Below are positions 46,413 through 59,399 of a stretch of 64,000 nucleotides of DNA, piece by piece. Location of the stretch: NCBI RefSeq assembly GCF_006345805.1, contig NC_043007.1, positions 53,072,001 to 53,136,000 on the forward strand. The letters run 5' to 3'. The notes under the pieces were generated by a model that was given only the letters and a program-made list of their open reading frames with translations, had not been told where the DNA came from and searched no databases. The position numbers and the translations under genes are program-made. Position 1 is the first letter of the stretch; every line of letters begins with the position of its first letter. The stretch is from Octopus sinensis. Its lineage: Eukaryota.

Positions 46413-46444
<32 letters not shown>

Positions 46445-46468
<24 letters not shown>

Positions 46469-46600
46469 TGTGTGTCTTTGTTTGTTTCCCCACCATCGTT
46501 GGACAACTCATGTTAGTTGGACAACTTAGCGGTTCAGCAAAAGAGACCGATAGAATAAGTACTAGGCTTACAAAGAATAAGTCCTGAGCTCGATTTGCAA
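46445..46600 (+). mobile_element. SINE 3' fragment
   Basis: TTAGCGGTTC.GCAAAAGAGACCGATAGAATAAGTACT matches 45765-45820. Confidence 0.75.
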
Positions 46601-47421
46601 AACTGCAAACCATGAAAGGGCAATGTCATTCTTGCAGATGGGGTGTAAAAAAGAGGTAATCATATGAGAGGAGCCGAAGCTACATAACCATATTTAGAAG
46701 AGTGTTTGAGAGTGATCAGGTGGGGCTGGAAAGAAGTACAAACAAAATAACAGTGATGAGGTATAAGGGTAGACCTTTAAGGGTGAGATGTGGTAGAAAT
46801 GAGTGAGGCAGAAAGACCAGGAGTTAGGGGTGAGTAGGAGGTGATTAATTATGAGGAACAGTAGAATAGTAATGATGTAGACAGGAAAAGGACAAAAGAG
46901 GGATGGTGTTTGGTAGATTGTCGAATGGGAAAGAGAAAGAGAGAGAGAAGCATGGTGCATGAGGAAGGTGAGAGACCTATAGTGATAGGGGAGAAGAGAT
47001 AATTTAGTGGCTCACTGGGTGGTGTGATCAATGGCGGTGTGAGTTGAAAAAACTATTAATAAAGGGTGGATAATAAGTGAAATGGTCCTGGATTGTACAC
47101 TACATCTACTTGTTATGCCCAGTTATTCTCTCAAGACATTTTAATCTTCTACATTCAAGGCCCATGTCTTACCAACATCCAGAGTTGTTATTCTAACAAA
47201 AGTGCACTTCATTCTGTTGTCAGCAGTGGTAGTAGATCCCTGAACTTTCTGTGTGCACGCGTCACTCCTGTGCCCTTCCTCTTCCAGTCAGCTCCCCAGC
47301 TGCTGACATCCCACATATCCTATAACGTTTTTTTGAAACAATCTTAATAGCGTTCAGTTAATCACTATACATATCCATCATTTTCTGTTAAAATGTCTTA
47401 TTGATGAGTTTCATTTCTTTA

Positions 47422-47508
47422 CTTCCCTGAAGAGAAGATTACATTGTTTTACACCATTTTATTCCTTTGGAATAATACCAGTGATATCTTCGAAACATGT
47501 GTCGGAAG
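47422..47508 (+). ncRNA. Type I hammerhead ribozyme motif
   Basis: CUUCC-CUGAAGA-GAAGAU...AUCUUC-GAAA-CAUGUG-UC-GGAAG; helices I (5 bp) and II (6 bp) are perfectly paired. Confidence 0.82.
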
Positions 47509-47708
47509 TAAAAGAATTTGAATAACACCTACGTTTAACTCCATTTATTTATTTATATATATTATGCAAAATATTTCATGTAAACCCGAAGTTTCTACCT
47601 TTAAAAACAAGGAGTTACAACCTTTTTACTTGTGTGATTTTTTGCTGCCTTGGTAACTATTTATATATTTTTCCGTGTTAATTGTTAACAAGGGAAAAAT
47701 ACATACAT

Positions 47709-48030
<322 letters not shown>

Positions 48031-48265
48031 GTAGCGGAATTATAACACAGTAATTTCCCTTTGTATAACGGTCTTTTTTCATAGCGTTTTTCAGATGGCC
48101 AGATAACCGAAGAGATGGTGTTGTGGATTTCCACCTCAGCATCTGTAACTCAGAGTTTTATCTTGGCTATTGAATAATTGTCACATATTATTTTACAGAT
48201 AAATTTCCTCTATTTACATAATATTGAGGTCTCTTTCTTTCTTTTGTTATCTTACCGTTTTTACC

Positions 48266-48314
<49 letters not shown>

Positions 48315-48317
<3 letters not shown>

Positions 48318-48704
48318 TAGCAGTATCGCCCGGCGTTGCTCAGGTTTGTAAGGGAAATAACTATAAAGCATTTTTAGAGAGTTATAGCCAAAAAATAGCA
48401 AAAAAATAGAAAAAAAATGATGGTAAATTTTTTTTTGAGAGTAAAAAAAGGTTGAGTTGCGTCCCCTAGACAGTCTGTGGTTTATTTTTTTTGATTCTCG
48501 ACCCCATGTCGAATTTATCGATTTTTTTCAGAACTGGGGGAACTTTTCAAAATTTTCGCTGCGTTAGTTTTGAATTATGACATTGGGCTATGTGTGTGTC
48601 AAGTTTCATCAGAATCGGTTGAAAGCCGTGGTCAGGGTGAGGGTACGAGAAAACAGACACACAGAAACACGCACAGACAAACTGCCGTTTATATAGAGAG
48701 AGAT
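48315..48704. mobile_element. Non-autonomous repeat, possibly Helitron-derived
   Basis: Begins TACTAGCAGTATCGCCCGGCGTTGCT and ends TTTATATAGAGAGAGAT, termini resembling invertebrate non-autonomous Helitrons; from memory. Confidence 0.45.
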
Positions 48705-48729
48705 AATATATAATATATATATATATACG

Positions 48730-50225
48730 TACTCTCACCACTATCCACACTGCCCTTGCCAGAGCATGTTCCATGGACCGTGCATCTGCTCTCTCCCCCT
48801 GAACTCGCCTTGCAGTCTCCCACCTCCCTTTTCCCCCTCACCTACCTCCCCACCCCTACCTCTCCAACGCACTACTCTCCGAGCTTTCCGGCATCTTCAG
48901 TCCGACTCGTCCACTTCACACATCTTCTCTAACCGACCACTCCCCTCCTTCAAACAAGCCAACAACCTACGAGACCTTTTGGTCCACAGCTTCTTCCCCG
49001 ACCCAACCTCCCAACCTGGCTCATTCCCCTGCTCCCGCCCACGCTGCCGCACTTGTCCTTACCTCTCCAACACCACCCGCCTCAACAGCACCCATCATCG
49101 ACCCTAACATCACCGATTCCTTCACCTGCACTTCTACCAATATCATCTATTGCATCTCCTGCTCTCTCTGCCATTCTCTGTACATCGGACAAACGGGACA
49201 CTGCTTGGCTGACCGGTTCACGGAATACCTCCAAGACATCCAAGTCGGAAATAATACCCTGGTTTCACGCCATTTCTGCTCTACCGGCCACTCTTTGCAA
49301 CACCTGTCCGTGTTTAGATTGTCCTTGCACAGAGGCTATCCAGACTCCCGTTCGCTCTGTGAACATGGATTAATCTTCTCTCTTTGCTCCTTTGTGCCAC
49401 ACGGGATCAACTCTCTTCCCCTTGCCTCTCTCCCCCTGCCTCCTACTTCCTCCCACCTACCTCTCCTCTCTTGCTCTGAATCATACTTCTCTTCACCCCT
49501 ACTCTCTTTCTCTCTTCTTTCATACCCACCTTCCCCTTCCCCTTCATCGTCAACCCTCCCCCATAAGCACACCCCACCCACTCCTTCATATTTTTACCCC
49601 ACCTTCCCTATCCTTCCCAACCCATCCTATCCCATCCCTTACAGCTCCCACATACCCACCTCTACCCCCACCCTCTGCCTACCCACATATCCCAACTCTA
49701 CCCCAACCCTCAGCCTAACTCACCCCACCTCACCTCAACAACATCACACCACACTACACCATACCACACAAAACATCACATCACAACACACCACCACCCA
49801 CACACTAGCACTGACCAATTCCCATCCCCACATTTTCACACCTACACATACACACATACACACATGCACACGTCAAGATCACCAGCCCTCTTTCACATGC
49901 ACATACGTACTCTCTTACACACGCGTGCACCTTCGTTTTGGGATCACTACTACTTTGTTATCTCCCCTACTTCTTCGCTCACCTGAGTGACCCTTCTGTC
50001 CGGCATTTGCCATGATAGATCGGTAGCCACTACACATTTTTTTTCTTTCCTTGTTTCTTTCTGTGTTCCTTTCTGTGGAACATTATGCTCTTCCACAGAA
50101 AGGAACACAAGTCTTTAATGTTTCAAGCTTGAAACATTAAAGACTTTTTCAATTCCCTAGCGTTATACTAATACATTTGTTTGTTTACTACACCACCTGT
50201 CTTCATCTTTTGTTTTTTTCGTGAA
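48730..50225 (+). mobile_element. Penelope-like element 3' fragment (RT thumb, GIY-YIG, pLTR), decayed
   Basis: NLRDLLVHS, PCSRPRCRTC, FTCTSTNIIYCISCSLCHSLYIGQTG..LADRF, RHF..TGH, HGIN; followed by a pyrimidine-rich tail and a repeat unit shared with 52151 onward. Confidence 0.85.
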
Positions 50226-50425
50226 TCCTCCCTATATCATCATCATCATCATCATCGTTTAACGTCCGCTTTCCATGCTAGCATGGGTTGGACGGTTCAA
50301 CTGGGGTCTGGCAAGCCCGAAGGCTGCACCAGGCCAGTCAGATCTGGCAGTGTTTCTACAGCTGGATGCCCTTCCTAACGCCAACCACTCCGAGAGTGTA
50401 GTGGGTGATTTTATGTGCCACCGAC
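50225..50425 (-). mobile_element. Dispersed SINE/RTE-type 3' end with (CAT)n tail; related copy at 61900-62145
   Basis: TTTAA.GTCCG.TTTCCAT...GCATGGGTTGGA.GGTT...CTGGATGCCCTTCCTAA.GCCAACCA is shared by both copies. Confidence 0.7.
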
Positions 50426-50432
50426 ATATATA

Positions 50433-50464
<32 letters not shown>

Positions 50465-50646
50465 CACACTATATATATATACACCATATATATATATATA
50501 TATACACTATATATATATATATATATATATAGTTAATCCAAACAAGAAAACACAGAAAAAAAGAGAAGAAAAGAGAAAAAAACACAGCAACGCAGGACGT
50601 GGAACAATTAAAGTATTATTGACGCTCGGGAAAGAAGGGAAGGAGG

Positions 50647-50681
50647 GTTTAACGTTTCGAGCGGAGCTCTTCATCAGAAAC
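50647..50681 (-). ncRNA. Minimal type I hammerhead motif
   Basis: GUUU-CUGAUGA-A-GAGC-UCC-GCUC-GAAA-CG-UU-AAAC. Confidence 0.7.
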
Positions 50682-50829
50682 AAGGAGAAGGAAAGATCCT
50701 AAGGAGGGAAGACAGAGAAGACAATATTTGAGCTAGTGGTGCTTAAGGGATCACATGTTGAAAGAACAGAATTTGAAGGTAGTTGAAAAATGGTTTTATA
50801 ATGCAAGAGAGTTCCAAAAAAAGGGAATG

Positions 50830-50868
<39 letters not shown>

Positions 50869-50994
50869 GATGACAAGTGTGTTTGTGTGTGCGTGTGTGT
50901 GTGTGTGTGTGTATTTTTGGTGAATAAAGGTAATGACAAAGCCAGCTGTGGTGATGACTGCTCGCTGTTTGTGTCAAGCTAGGTCAAAGCCAGG

Positions 50995-52150
50995 TCAAAA
51001 AACATCATAGTGTGTGTGTTGTTTGTAGTGTGTGTGTGTGTGTGCATGTGTGTGTTCGTGTGTGTATGCGTAGAGTGTGGGTGTGTGGCGTAACCTAGTA
51101 CGTGTGTGTGTGTAGGGGGATGTATATGTGGGTTCATTTGTGTGAGAGTGTATGTATGTGCGTGTATGTGTGCGTTTGTATGTGTTTGTGTGTATGTGTG
51201 CGTGCGCGGATAGGTGTATATTGTGTATGTATATCTGTCGGTGTGTATGTGAGTTTGTGTTTGTACGCGTGTATGTGTGTGTGAGTGTATAGTATATATA
51301 TATATGTAAATGTGTGTGCGTGTGTGTGTACGTGCGTGCGAGTGAATGTATGTATATATGTGTGCGTGTGTGTACAATGTAGGGGCTTATATGTGTGTGT
51401 GTCTGTATGTGTGTGTATGTGTATGTATGTATGTATATATATGCGTGTGTGTATGTGTGTATGCATGCGTGTGTGTATGTGTGTAAGTATGTATGTGTGT
51501 GTATGTGTATGTATGTATGTACGTACGTATGTATGTGTGTGTGTATGTATGTATGTATGTACGTATGTGTGTATGTATGTATTTTTGCATGCGTGTATGT
51601 GCGTGTGTGTATGTATGTATGTGTGTATGTATGTATGTGTATAGTGTGTGTGTGTATGTATCTATGTGTGTATGTGTGCATGTGTGTGTCTGTCTGTATG
51701 TATGTATATGTATGTTTGTGTGTATGTATGTGTGTGTATGTATGTATGTAAGTGTGTGTGTGTATGTATGTATGTGTGTATGTATGTGTGTGTGTATGTA
51801 TGTGTATATATGTATGTATGTGTGCATACGTGTATGTGTGTATGTGCGTGTGTGTACGTATGTGTGTATATGTATGTGTGTGTATATGTATGTGTGTATG
51901 CATATATGCATGTGTGTGTGTGTATGTATGTGTGTATTTGTGTATGTGTGTGTGTATGTATGTATATGTATGTGTGTGTATGTGTGTATGTATGTGTTTG
52001 TGTGTATGTGTGTGTATGTATGTTTGTGTGTATGTGTGTATCTGTGTATGTATGTGTGTTGTATGTATGTATGTATGTATATATATATATATATATACAC
52101 ACACCATGTATGTATATATATATATATATATATATATACACTATATATGC
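50995..52150. repeat. ~1.15-kb (TG)n/(TATG)n compound microsatellite
   Basis: Direct reading; accounts for the many low-complexity ORFs here. Confidence 0.95.
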
Positions 52151-52373
52151 CATGATAGATCGTTAGCCACTACACATTTTTTTCTCTCCTTATTTCTCTC
52201 CTTGTTTTTTCTGTGTCCCTTTCTGTAGAAGAGCATAGGCTCGAAACGTAAAAGACTTTTTCTATTCCTGAGTGTTATACTAATACATCTGTTTGATTTA
52301 GACACCACCTGTCTCCGCCTTTTGTTTTTTTGGTGAATTCTCCCTATATATATATATATACACATCCTATATA

Positions 52374-52436
<63 letters not shown>

Positions 52437-52472
52437 TATATATATATACACCACATATATATATATATACAC

Positions 52473-52512
<40 letters not shown>

Positions 52513-52730
52513 CACCATGTATATATATATATATATACACTATATATGCCATGATAGATTGTTAGCCACTACACATATTTTTTTCTCTCCTTGTTTCTGT
52601 GTCCCTTTCTGTAGAAGAGCATAGGCTCGAAACGTAAAAGACTTTTTCTATTCCTGAGTGTTATACTAATACATCTGTTTGTTTTAGACACAACCTGTCT
52701 TCGTCTTTTGTTTTTTTTCATAATTCTTCC

Positions 52731-52799
<69 letters not shown>

Positions 52800-53246
52800 T
52801 ATATGTGTGTGTGTGTGTATATATATATATACACACCATATATATATATATTTTTAAAAAATAAAATTTTTTTTTTTAAATTTTATTTTATAGAAGGAGC
52901 TTCTACAGGACTAGAACTGTTTCATTCAAAAGAAATCATCAGGAAGCTAGTAGACAAGTGTATATATATACACACACACTATATATGCCATGATAGATCG
53001 TTAGCCATACACATATTTTTTCTCTCCTTGTTTTTTCTTTGTCCCTTTCTGTAGAAGAGCATAGGCTCGAAACGTAAAAGACTTTTTCTATTCCTGAGTG
53101 TTATACTAATACATCTGTTTGTTTTAGACACCACCTGTCTTCGTCTTTTGTTTTTTTCATGAATTTTCCCTATATATATATATATATACATCATATATGT
53201 GTGTGTGTGTATATATATACACACACACTATATATATATATACACA

Positions 53247-53280
<34 letters not shown>

Positions 53281-53283
53281 GAT

Positions 53284-53336
<53 letters not shown>

Positions 53337-53385
53337 TATATATGCCATGATAGATCGTTAGCCACTACATACATTTTTTTCTCTC
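52151..53385 (+). repeat. Tandem array of ~360-440-bp Penelope-pLTR-like units, each with a variant hammerhead motif
   Basis: Units start CATGATAGAT at 52151, 52551, 52988 and 53346; motif CTTTCTGTAGAAGAGCATAGGCTCGAAACGTAAAAG at 52219, 52605 and 53045. Confidence 0.85.
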
Positions 53386-54776
53386 CTTGTTTCTATATAT
53401 ATATATATTTATATTATTTTATTGTAATGTTATCTATCTCTGCATTTAGTCTTCTAATTATTTATTTATTTGCTTATTTAAGTGTAGATTTATACATACA
53501 TATCAAGTCATCTAATTTGTTATCTATCTATTTTTTACTTACTTATACAAGTGTAGTTTTATACATACATATCTATCATTTATTTTTATTTTATTTTAAT
53601 AATATATGAATACATATATACTGGTTTGTACTTATAATATGTGTGTAACCGTAATTATTCCTTCTTATTTATTTTATCACATTTTATCTTAAGTATTTAT
53701 AATATATAAAATTTTTTTTAAATTTCTGTGATGTTCTCATATGCGTTTGCATTAGTACTTCCCCTTGTTGATATTATTTAATGCCTAATCTGGTATATTA
53801 TGGCATTAAATTTATTAAGTAAATAAGAGATATATTTATAATATATAAATTAATATATATTTTATATTTTATATTTTATAACTTAGCGTACTTGGAATCA
53901 TAACAAACTTACGGTAAATCTAACAACCGGTATGTTTACTATGCAACAAACTGGTGTTATAAATTTTAAGTTACCCAATGAAATAGTATCTGACATCGTA
54001 AGATACTGATATTTAAAAATATTTTTATCTTTAAATTAAATATTTTATGAAATGCATGAGTGGATCTTTTTTGTTATTTGAGGCATAGTTATAATTTTGA
54101 AAGACTAAATGGCAGCATAGTTGCTTCCCTTTTTGTTTATCTATGTGCTAGTTGTTGCTTGTGGTTATGTATGTGTATAAGTGTATGTGTGTGTGTGTAT
54201 ACATATAATTATGTATGTATGTGCGATTGATCTGTGGATGCGCGTGTGAATATTGGCGTTCCTTGACTAACCAACCGTATAATTTCTTTTGTGATTTAAA
54301 TTTCAAACTACTAGCCAATCGAATTAATCTAAATTATCATTACCTAGTGGTCAGAATTTCTAAACTCATAGTTATTTCGATCTTGAAAGGATGGACTTGG
54401 TGCAAACATAACTGTATCTATTATTATTATTATTATTAATATTAATAGTAATTTTTATTGACTTTTATAGCTTTATAATTTTATGAACTGAACCATGGTT
54501 TTAATTATTATTTTTCATCTCCCTATGTGTTAGTTTTTTTTAAAAACTATTAGCCAAATATGTATAATAACTGTGCTTATTAATATTAATATATACACTG
54601 ATATATATTTTGTTTTATTTTGTTCTGTTTACCTTGCATTATTGTACCAATGAGTATTATATTATATAAGTGTAGCATTATGAAGTATATGCATAAGTTT
54701 TTATATTTTACATTTTTATATTTTTATATTTATATGTATATGGATAAATAATTTTTTTCACAATTATAACATATTT

Positions 54777-54892
54777 AATTCTCTGAAGAGGCCGTGGGGC
54801 ATCCTTGTTAATGCCTCATTTATACCTGCCTTTATGGCTTATAGGTTAAATGAGGTATGACTGCCCTCGCTGCCGAAACAGCTGTCAGATTT
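54777..54892 (+). ncRNA. Type I hammerhead motif with long extended helix II
   Basis: UCU-CUGAAGA-GGC...GCC-GAAA-CAGCUG-UC-AGA; the insert pairs GUGGGGCA/UGCCCUCGC and AUGCCUCAUUUA/UAAAUGAGGUAU. Confidence 0.75.
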
Positions 54893-55121
54893 GATTTAAT
54901 TACATATTATATTTGAAATTTTATACTTATATCTCTTTGTCTTTTTACAATTACTGTATATTTTGTATAATGCCTTTACTGATATGTAATGATGTAATAA
55001 AGTATTGATTGGGTATCATCTGATAGTTGATGTTTTATTGATTTAAGTATGTTTCTCCATTTTCTAATTTTGTTATATATATATACATATATATATATAT
55101 ACATATATATATATACATATT

Positions 55122-55174
<53 letters not shown>

Positions 55175-55196
55175 GTGTGTTCAATATATTTTTCAG

Positions 55197-55362
55197 ACAT
55201 TTTTTGCATCAGAAGAACTCTATTCATTTATCTCTCGTTGTATGTGGGGATCGCCTTGAGGAATCTGTTGTATTATTAAAATCTGCTGTTTTGCTGACAG
55301 ACCAACCCCTTGTTTTCCATTTGTTTGTGGAAGACCATCTCCAGAAGAATTTTCAGGATCAA
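55197..55362 (+). CDS. GXYLT1: Glucoside xylosyltransferase (GXYLT1/2, Drosophila shams-like; GT8) internal exon
   Basis: [47 protein letters not shown] resembles the remembered human GXYLT1 segment [45 protein letters not shown]; acceptor TTTTCAG at 55190-96 and donor GTATAA at 55363. Confidence 0.85.
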
Positions 55363-57879
55363 GTATAATTTTTCAGCGCTAATCCAGTTTTGAACTTTAA
55401 CTATTAATTTCAATTTAATGCTATAGCTTTTCAATTTAATGCTATGCATAAAGAAGATACAATTTCGTTAAAGAATATTGTAAGGTAAGGAAAGGATTAA
55501 TGTCCTAATGACTTCATCAGTCATTGAGTTGGCCTTTAATATTTTGTTAAAATTATTTCCACTATCTGTCTTGACCATTAATTTAAATATTTTTTTTAAA
55601 AAATGGATTGGGGAAAGACTGAATGTTTTGATCTTTATCCTTTGTTACATACCTTACAGATCCTTTTTTAAGAATTTTTGTATCTTCTTAACATGGAGCT
55701 AAAGTGTGCAAAAGAATTGTTATTTGAGGTGTAAAAAGTAAAACTGCACTAGTGTTATTTTTTGTTTTTTTAATCTCTGAATTTTATGTTGATTTCAGAA
55801 AATGGAGTCTGCTATGCTAAAAAATTTAATTAAGATTACAGCCTTAGAGATGAAAATATCTATTTTTTAAATGATTATGTCCGGTGAAAAAAGAAGAAAA
55901 AAGGAAACAATAAGTTGAAAACAATCCTGAAATTTTAATTGATTAAATACAACATTATAGTATTAAAAAGGTACTAACTTGTTTGGTGGTCAGCAGAAAA
56001 ATAGCTCTTTGACATTGTGCTGTGATCAGCTTGTTTATCTTACAGTTATATTTTTTCAATGTGACTGGGTTCCAGCATGTTTGTTTATTTTTAGAATTTG
56101 TTTTTATGAGTAAGTAAAACAAAAGAATAGGTAATCTTTTGCTTTAGGGATATCTAAGTTTAGGATTGAAAATGAAAGAAAATGAAGCTAAGAGTGTACA
56201 AAAATAAACTTATGTATAAGTGAAATAAGTATCACCTTAGAATATTGAATATGTTTTTTCTTTATTATGTAAAATATGAAAGTATTTCTCTCTTTTCTGG
56301 TGAAGTAAAACCAAATTATTTAATGACAAAAAAATGAAGTTATTTTATTTATGCAAAAAAAAAAAAAACTGAAGTGAATTGGTAAATCTCAATATTGAGT
56401 TGCTTGTTTGGCACTAGTTTGTTTTTTCATAGAAAAACAAATAAGATTTCATTCTGTTAATTAACTATCAGTTTCTTCCAAAATAGAAATTATTTGATTT
56501 TTTTCTCATGGATGGAGGTTAAATAAAAAAATTTTTCTTCCAATGGCCAGAGGTTACACAACAGAAAAATTAGGTAAATTATGACATATTCTTCAATTCT
56601 TTATAATGTTCATATTAATCATGGCTAATTATTATTTTACTAGTATGACCTGTGAAAATTCCAAAGAATGGAAAAAATTAAGAGGACTTATTTAAGAAAG
56701 AATGGATGATTTGCATTTTTATAGCATTCCTAGTTTAGCTTTCTTTAAATATACTTGATGTTTGTCTACATTCATTTTTTTAATGTCTCCATTGGTGTTG
56801 TCTTTTTTATCATTTTATTATATCTTCTCACTTTTCCTCTGATCTGTGCTCTATATCTGAGCATCCTTTCTCAGGCAGCTTGCAACCATGTTTCTTGTGA
56901 ATCCAGAGTTTAGGCTAAATTAACCCTTATAAACAAATATCATTTTTTTAATTGAGCAAATGATAAATAATTGCACTTATGCATATGCAATGGTTGCTAT
57001 AAAAAAAGTTAGTTCAATAAAAAAAAAACTTTTTCAACTTCAACACATCAGCACATCACTACAACCACTGCTATCTGCCTCTCTCTCTCTCTGGTGAGTC
57101 AATTGGTGAGAGTTTTAGCCAGTGCTGTTGAAGACTTAAAGTACTTAGATGGTTGAGTGAGCAGTTCGGACACAGACATCAAGATCAGGTAGGCAAAAAC
57201 ACAGACAGCCTGTCACAAAGAAAGTCTCACACTCCAAAATTGCTTAGGCAAATCATTTCAACTGAAATCCATTTTATTATATGGCAGTGAAAGATGGACA
57301 CTGACAAACAAATTTTCAAATGGATGCTACAGAAAGATGCAATAAATGACTCTAAATATGAAATGGCAGCAACATTTAACAAATGAATGCCTTTATGAAG
57401 GTCTGGCATGGTGATATAAGAAGAAAAAAAACATCGTCACACTTAGATCGACAACTTGATTGTAGACACTGGCCTGGAATGTATCCAGGAACTCAAGACA
57501 ATGATGATGGACCAAGAAGTGTGGCAAGTGGACTTCAATGCTGTGGCCCAGGTTGGAACCTGGCCATAATCTACATGATAATCTGCTTATTCGTTCACCC
57601 ATTATACATTAGTTAGTTAGAGAGATGAAGGTGGAATATTTAAAGAGGTGGAGTAAGAGTGAGAGAGAGAGGAGTGAAGAAAGGAGAGAGGAAGAAGTAG
57701 AGAAAGGTGATTAATATTAACATACTTAGGCCATATGGTCATATGGTCATATGGGCAGCTGAAAGTAGAGGCAAAGAATGAGAGAAAAAGAGGGAAAGGG
57801 AAGTGTTAACAACAGGTGGTGGAGTGAGGAAGGAATACATATTACATGGTTAAAAAGTTAACTGAAGGGAAAAGTAGAT

Positions 57880-58330
57880 AGAGAGAGATGGACAGGGGAG
57901 GCAGTTATAGAAGAGTTATACCTTTCCAATCATTGTTATTAGCAACTTTCTTAAGAATTTTGACTTTGAGTCCTGTTGACCATTTGGTCATGGAAGATTT
58001 GAAAAACAGATTGGTACTTTTGAACAAAGATGCCTCCAAAATATCTTGGGCTTTAGATCAAGACAAAATCACAAAAGCGGAGGTGCTTTGAAGATCCAAT
58101 ATCACACGTCTGAGTATTGTCGTCAAAAATAGAAGAATGCAGCTGGCAGGGCATGTCCTATGAATGGAGGACAATATCTCAGTAAGAACTGCAATGACAT
58201 AGTTACCAGCTGGTGGGAAGAGTCCAAGCAGTAAGCCAAAAAAACCTGGGATCCACCTTAAAAGATTACCTGCACAGCTGTGGCACCTATTGGTTTCAAG
58301 CTCCAAACCATGCCAAAATCATAAAAAGAT
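57880..58330 (+). mobile_element. RTE-like LINE 3' remnant
   Basis: W.DKITKAEVL..., NRRMQLAGHVL.ME, GGKSPSSKPKKTW in broken frames. Confidence 0.5.
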
Positions 58331-59399
58331 AGAAGAACATAGTGACCCATTACCATGAAGCTGGAGGAGCCAGATGACCAGTAAGTGGATGCTGGACACA
58401 GCTGATATAGGCCATGAAGAGGACAAATGAGCATTTGCTTGAGAGCCATCTTGTAGAACACTGATGGAGAGATACTGTGATGGAAAGGTTTAGTGAAATT
58501 ATTATTTAATTTTGTTGTATCAGAAAACAAAATGAGACGATTTCAGATGAAAAATGGTTTTAACTCTTTGTGGTTGATTTTAAATTAAGACAACTGAATA
58601 CTGTTTATGTATGGGGAATCTCAAAGCAAATAAAACTGTAAATAATGGTATGTAAATATTGTGTTACAAATCCTTTGGCTAGAAAAAGTTGAAGCATGTT
58701 TACAAGATTTGGGTTTGAGTCCCACAGGCAACGTTCAACTTTTTCTATCTAAAGAGTTTTTAATCCAATATTTACACTCTATTATTTATAGCTTTATTTG
58801 CTTCAAGAATTACCCTTACTAAAATGAGTTATTTCACATCCTCAAAGTTCTAAATTTGTATGAATATTATTTGTTTTTTACTTTAAAAAATTTGATGGAC
58901 AACACCAAATAAGAAACTCATTTTAGAACAATTATTTCTTAATTTGAACCATAACTGTATAAAGATTCAGTTGCTTAAGGTTGAGAGAACATGTGGCAGA
59001 GGAGTTCCCAGCAAGACATGGGATGATGTGATGAAGGACTCTGAAACTCATAGACAAGATGACAAAGGATCAGAATGACTGATGATATGCAGTATTTGAG
59101 AAACTCACCCAAGTTTATGAAACTGAAGTTCTAGAATTATATCTTCTAGTTCACAGCTGACCTGCTCAGAAAGCTAAACAGCAGGTGGTTAATATACTGT
59201 AGAAAAGAAGTGGAGCAGAGTAGCAGTTGTGCATGGTGACCCGAGAAAAGATATTCTATTAGGAGATTGTCCCTTTCTACTGCCAATGCTCTAACTCCAC
59301 AATCCTTTCAACATGACAAAACCTTTTGGGCCATCATTGCCAGGAGGTAAATGTATCTCCTTGCCAATGAGTGCATCAGCATGAGTGTCCAGATAGGAG

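Noticed and set aside
48103-48161. Hammerhead-like motif CCGAAGA...GUAA-CUCAGAG-UU
   Set aside because: Two core positions deviate from consensus; at most an inactive relic.
49205-49990. 261-aa ORF as a proline-rich protein
   Set aside because: The N-terminal part is the PLE GIY-YIG tail and the rest is low-complexity pyrimidine-rich pLTR sequence.
50979-53350. Long His/Thr/Tyr- or Cys/Val/Met-rich ORFs (also at 20477-20865, 25360-25958, 47678-48142)
   Set aside because: These are translations of microsatellites that are open in several frames on both strands.
56621-56695. ENSKEWKKL resembling the next GXYLT exon (ENAAEWKKL)
   Set aside because: It is followed by RGLI-stop instead of the conserved FKPCASQRL, with no suitable splice donor; probably chance in AT-rich DNA.
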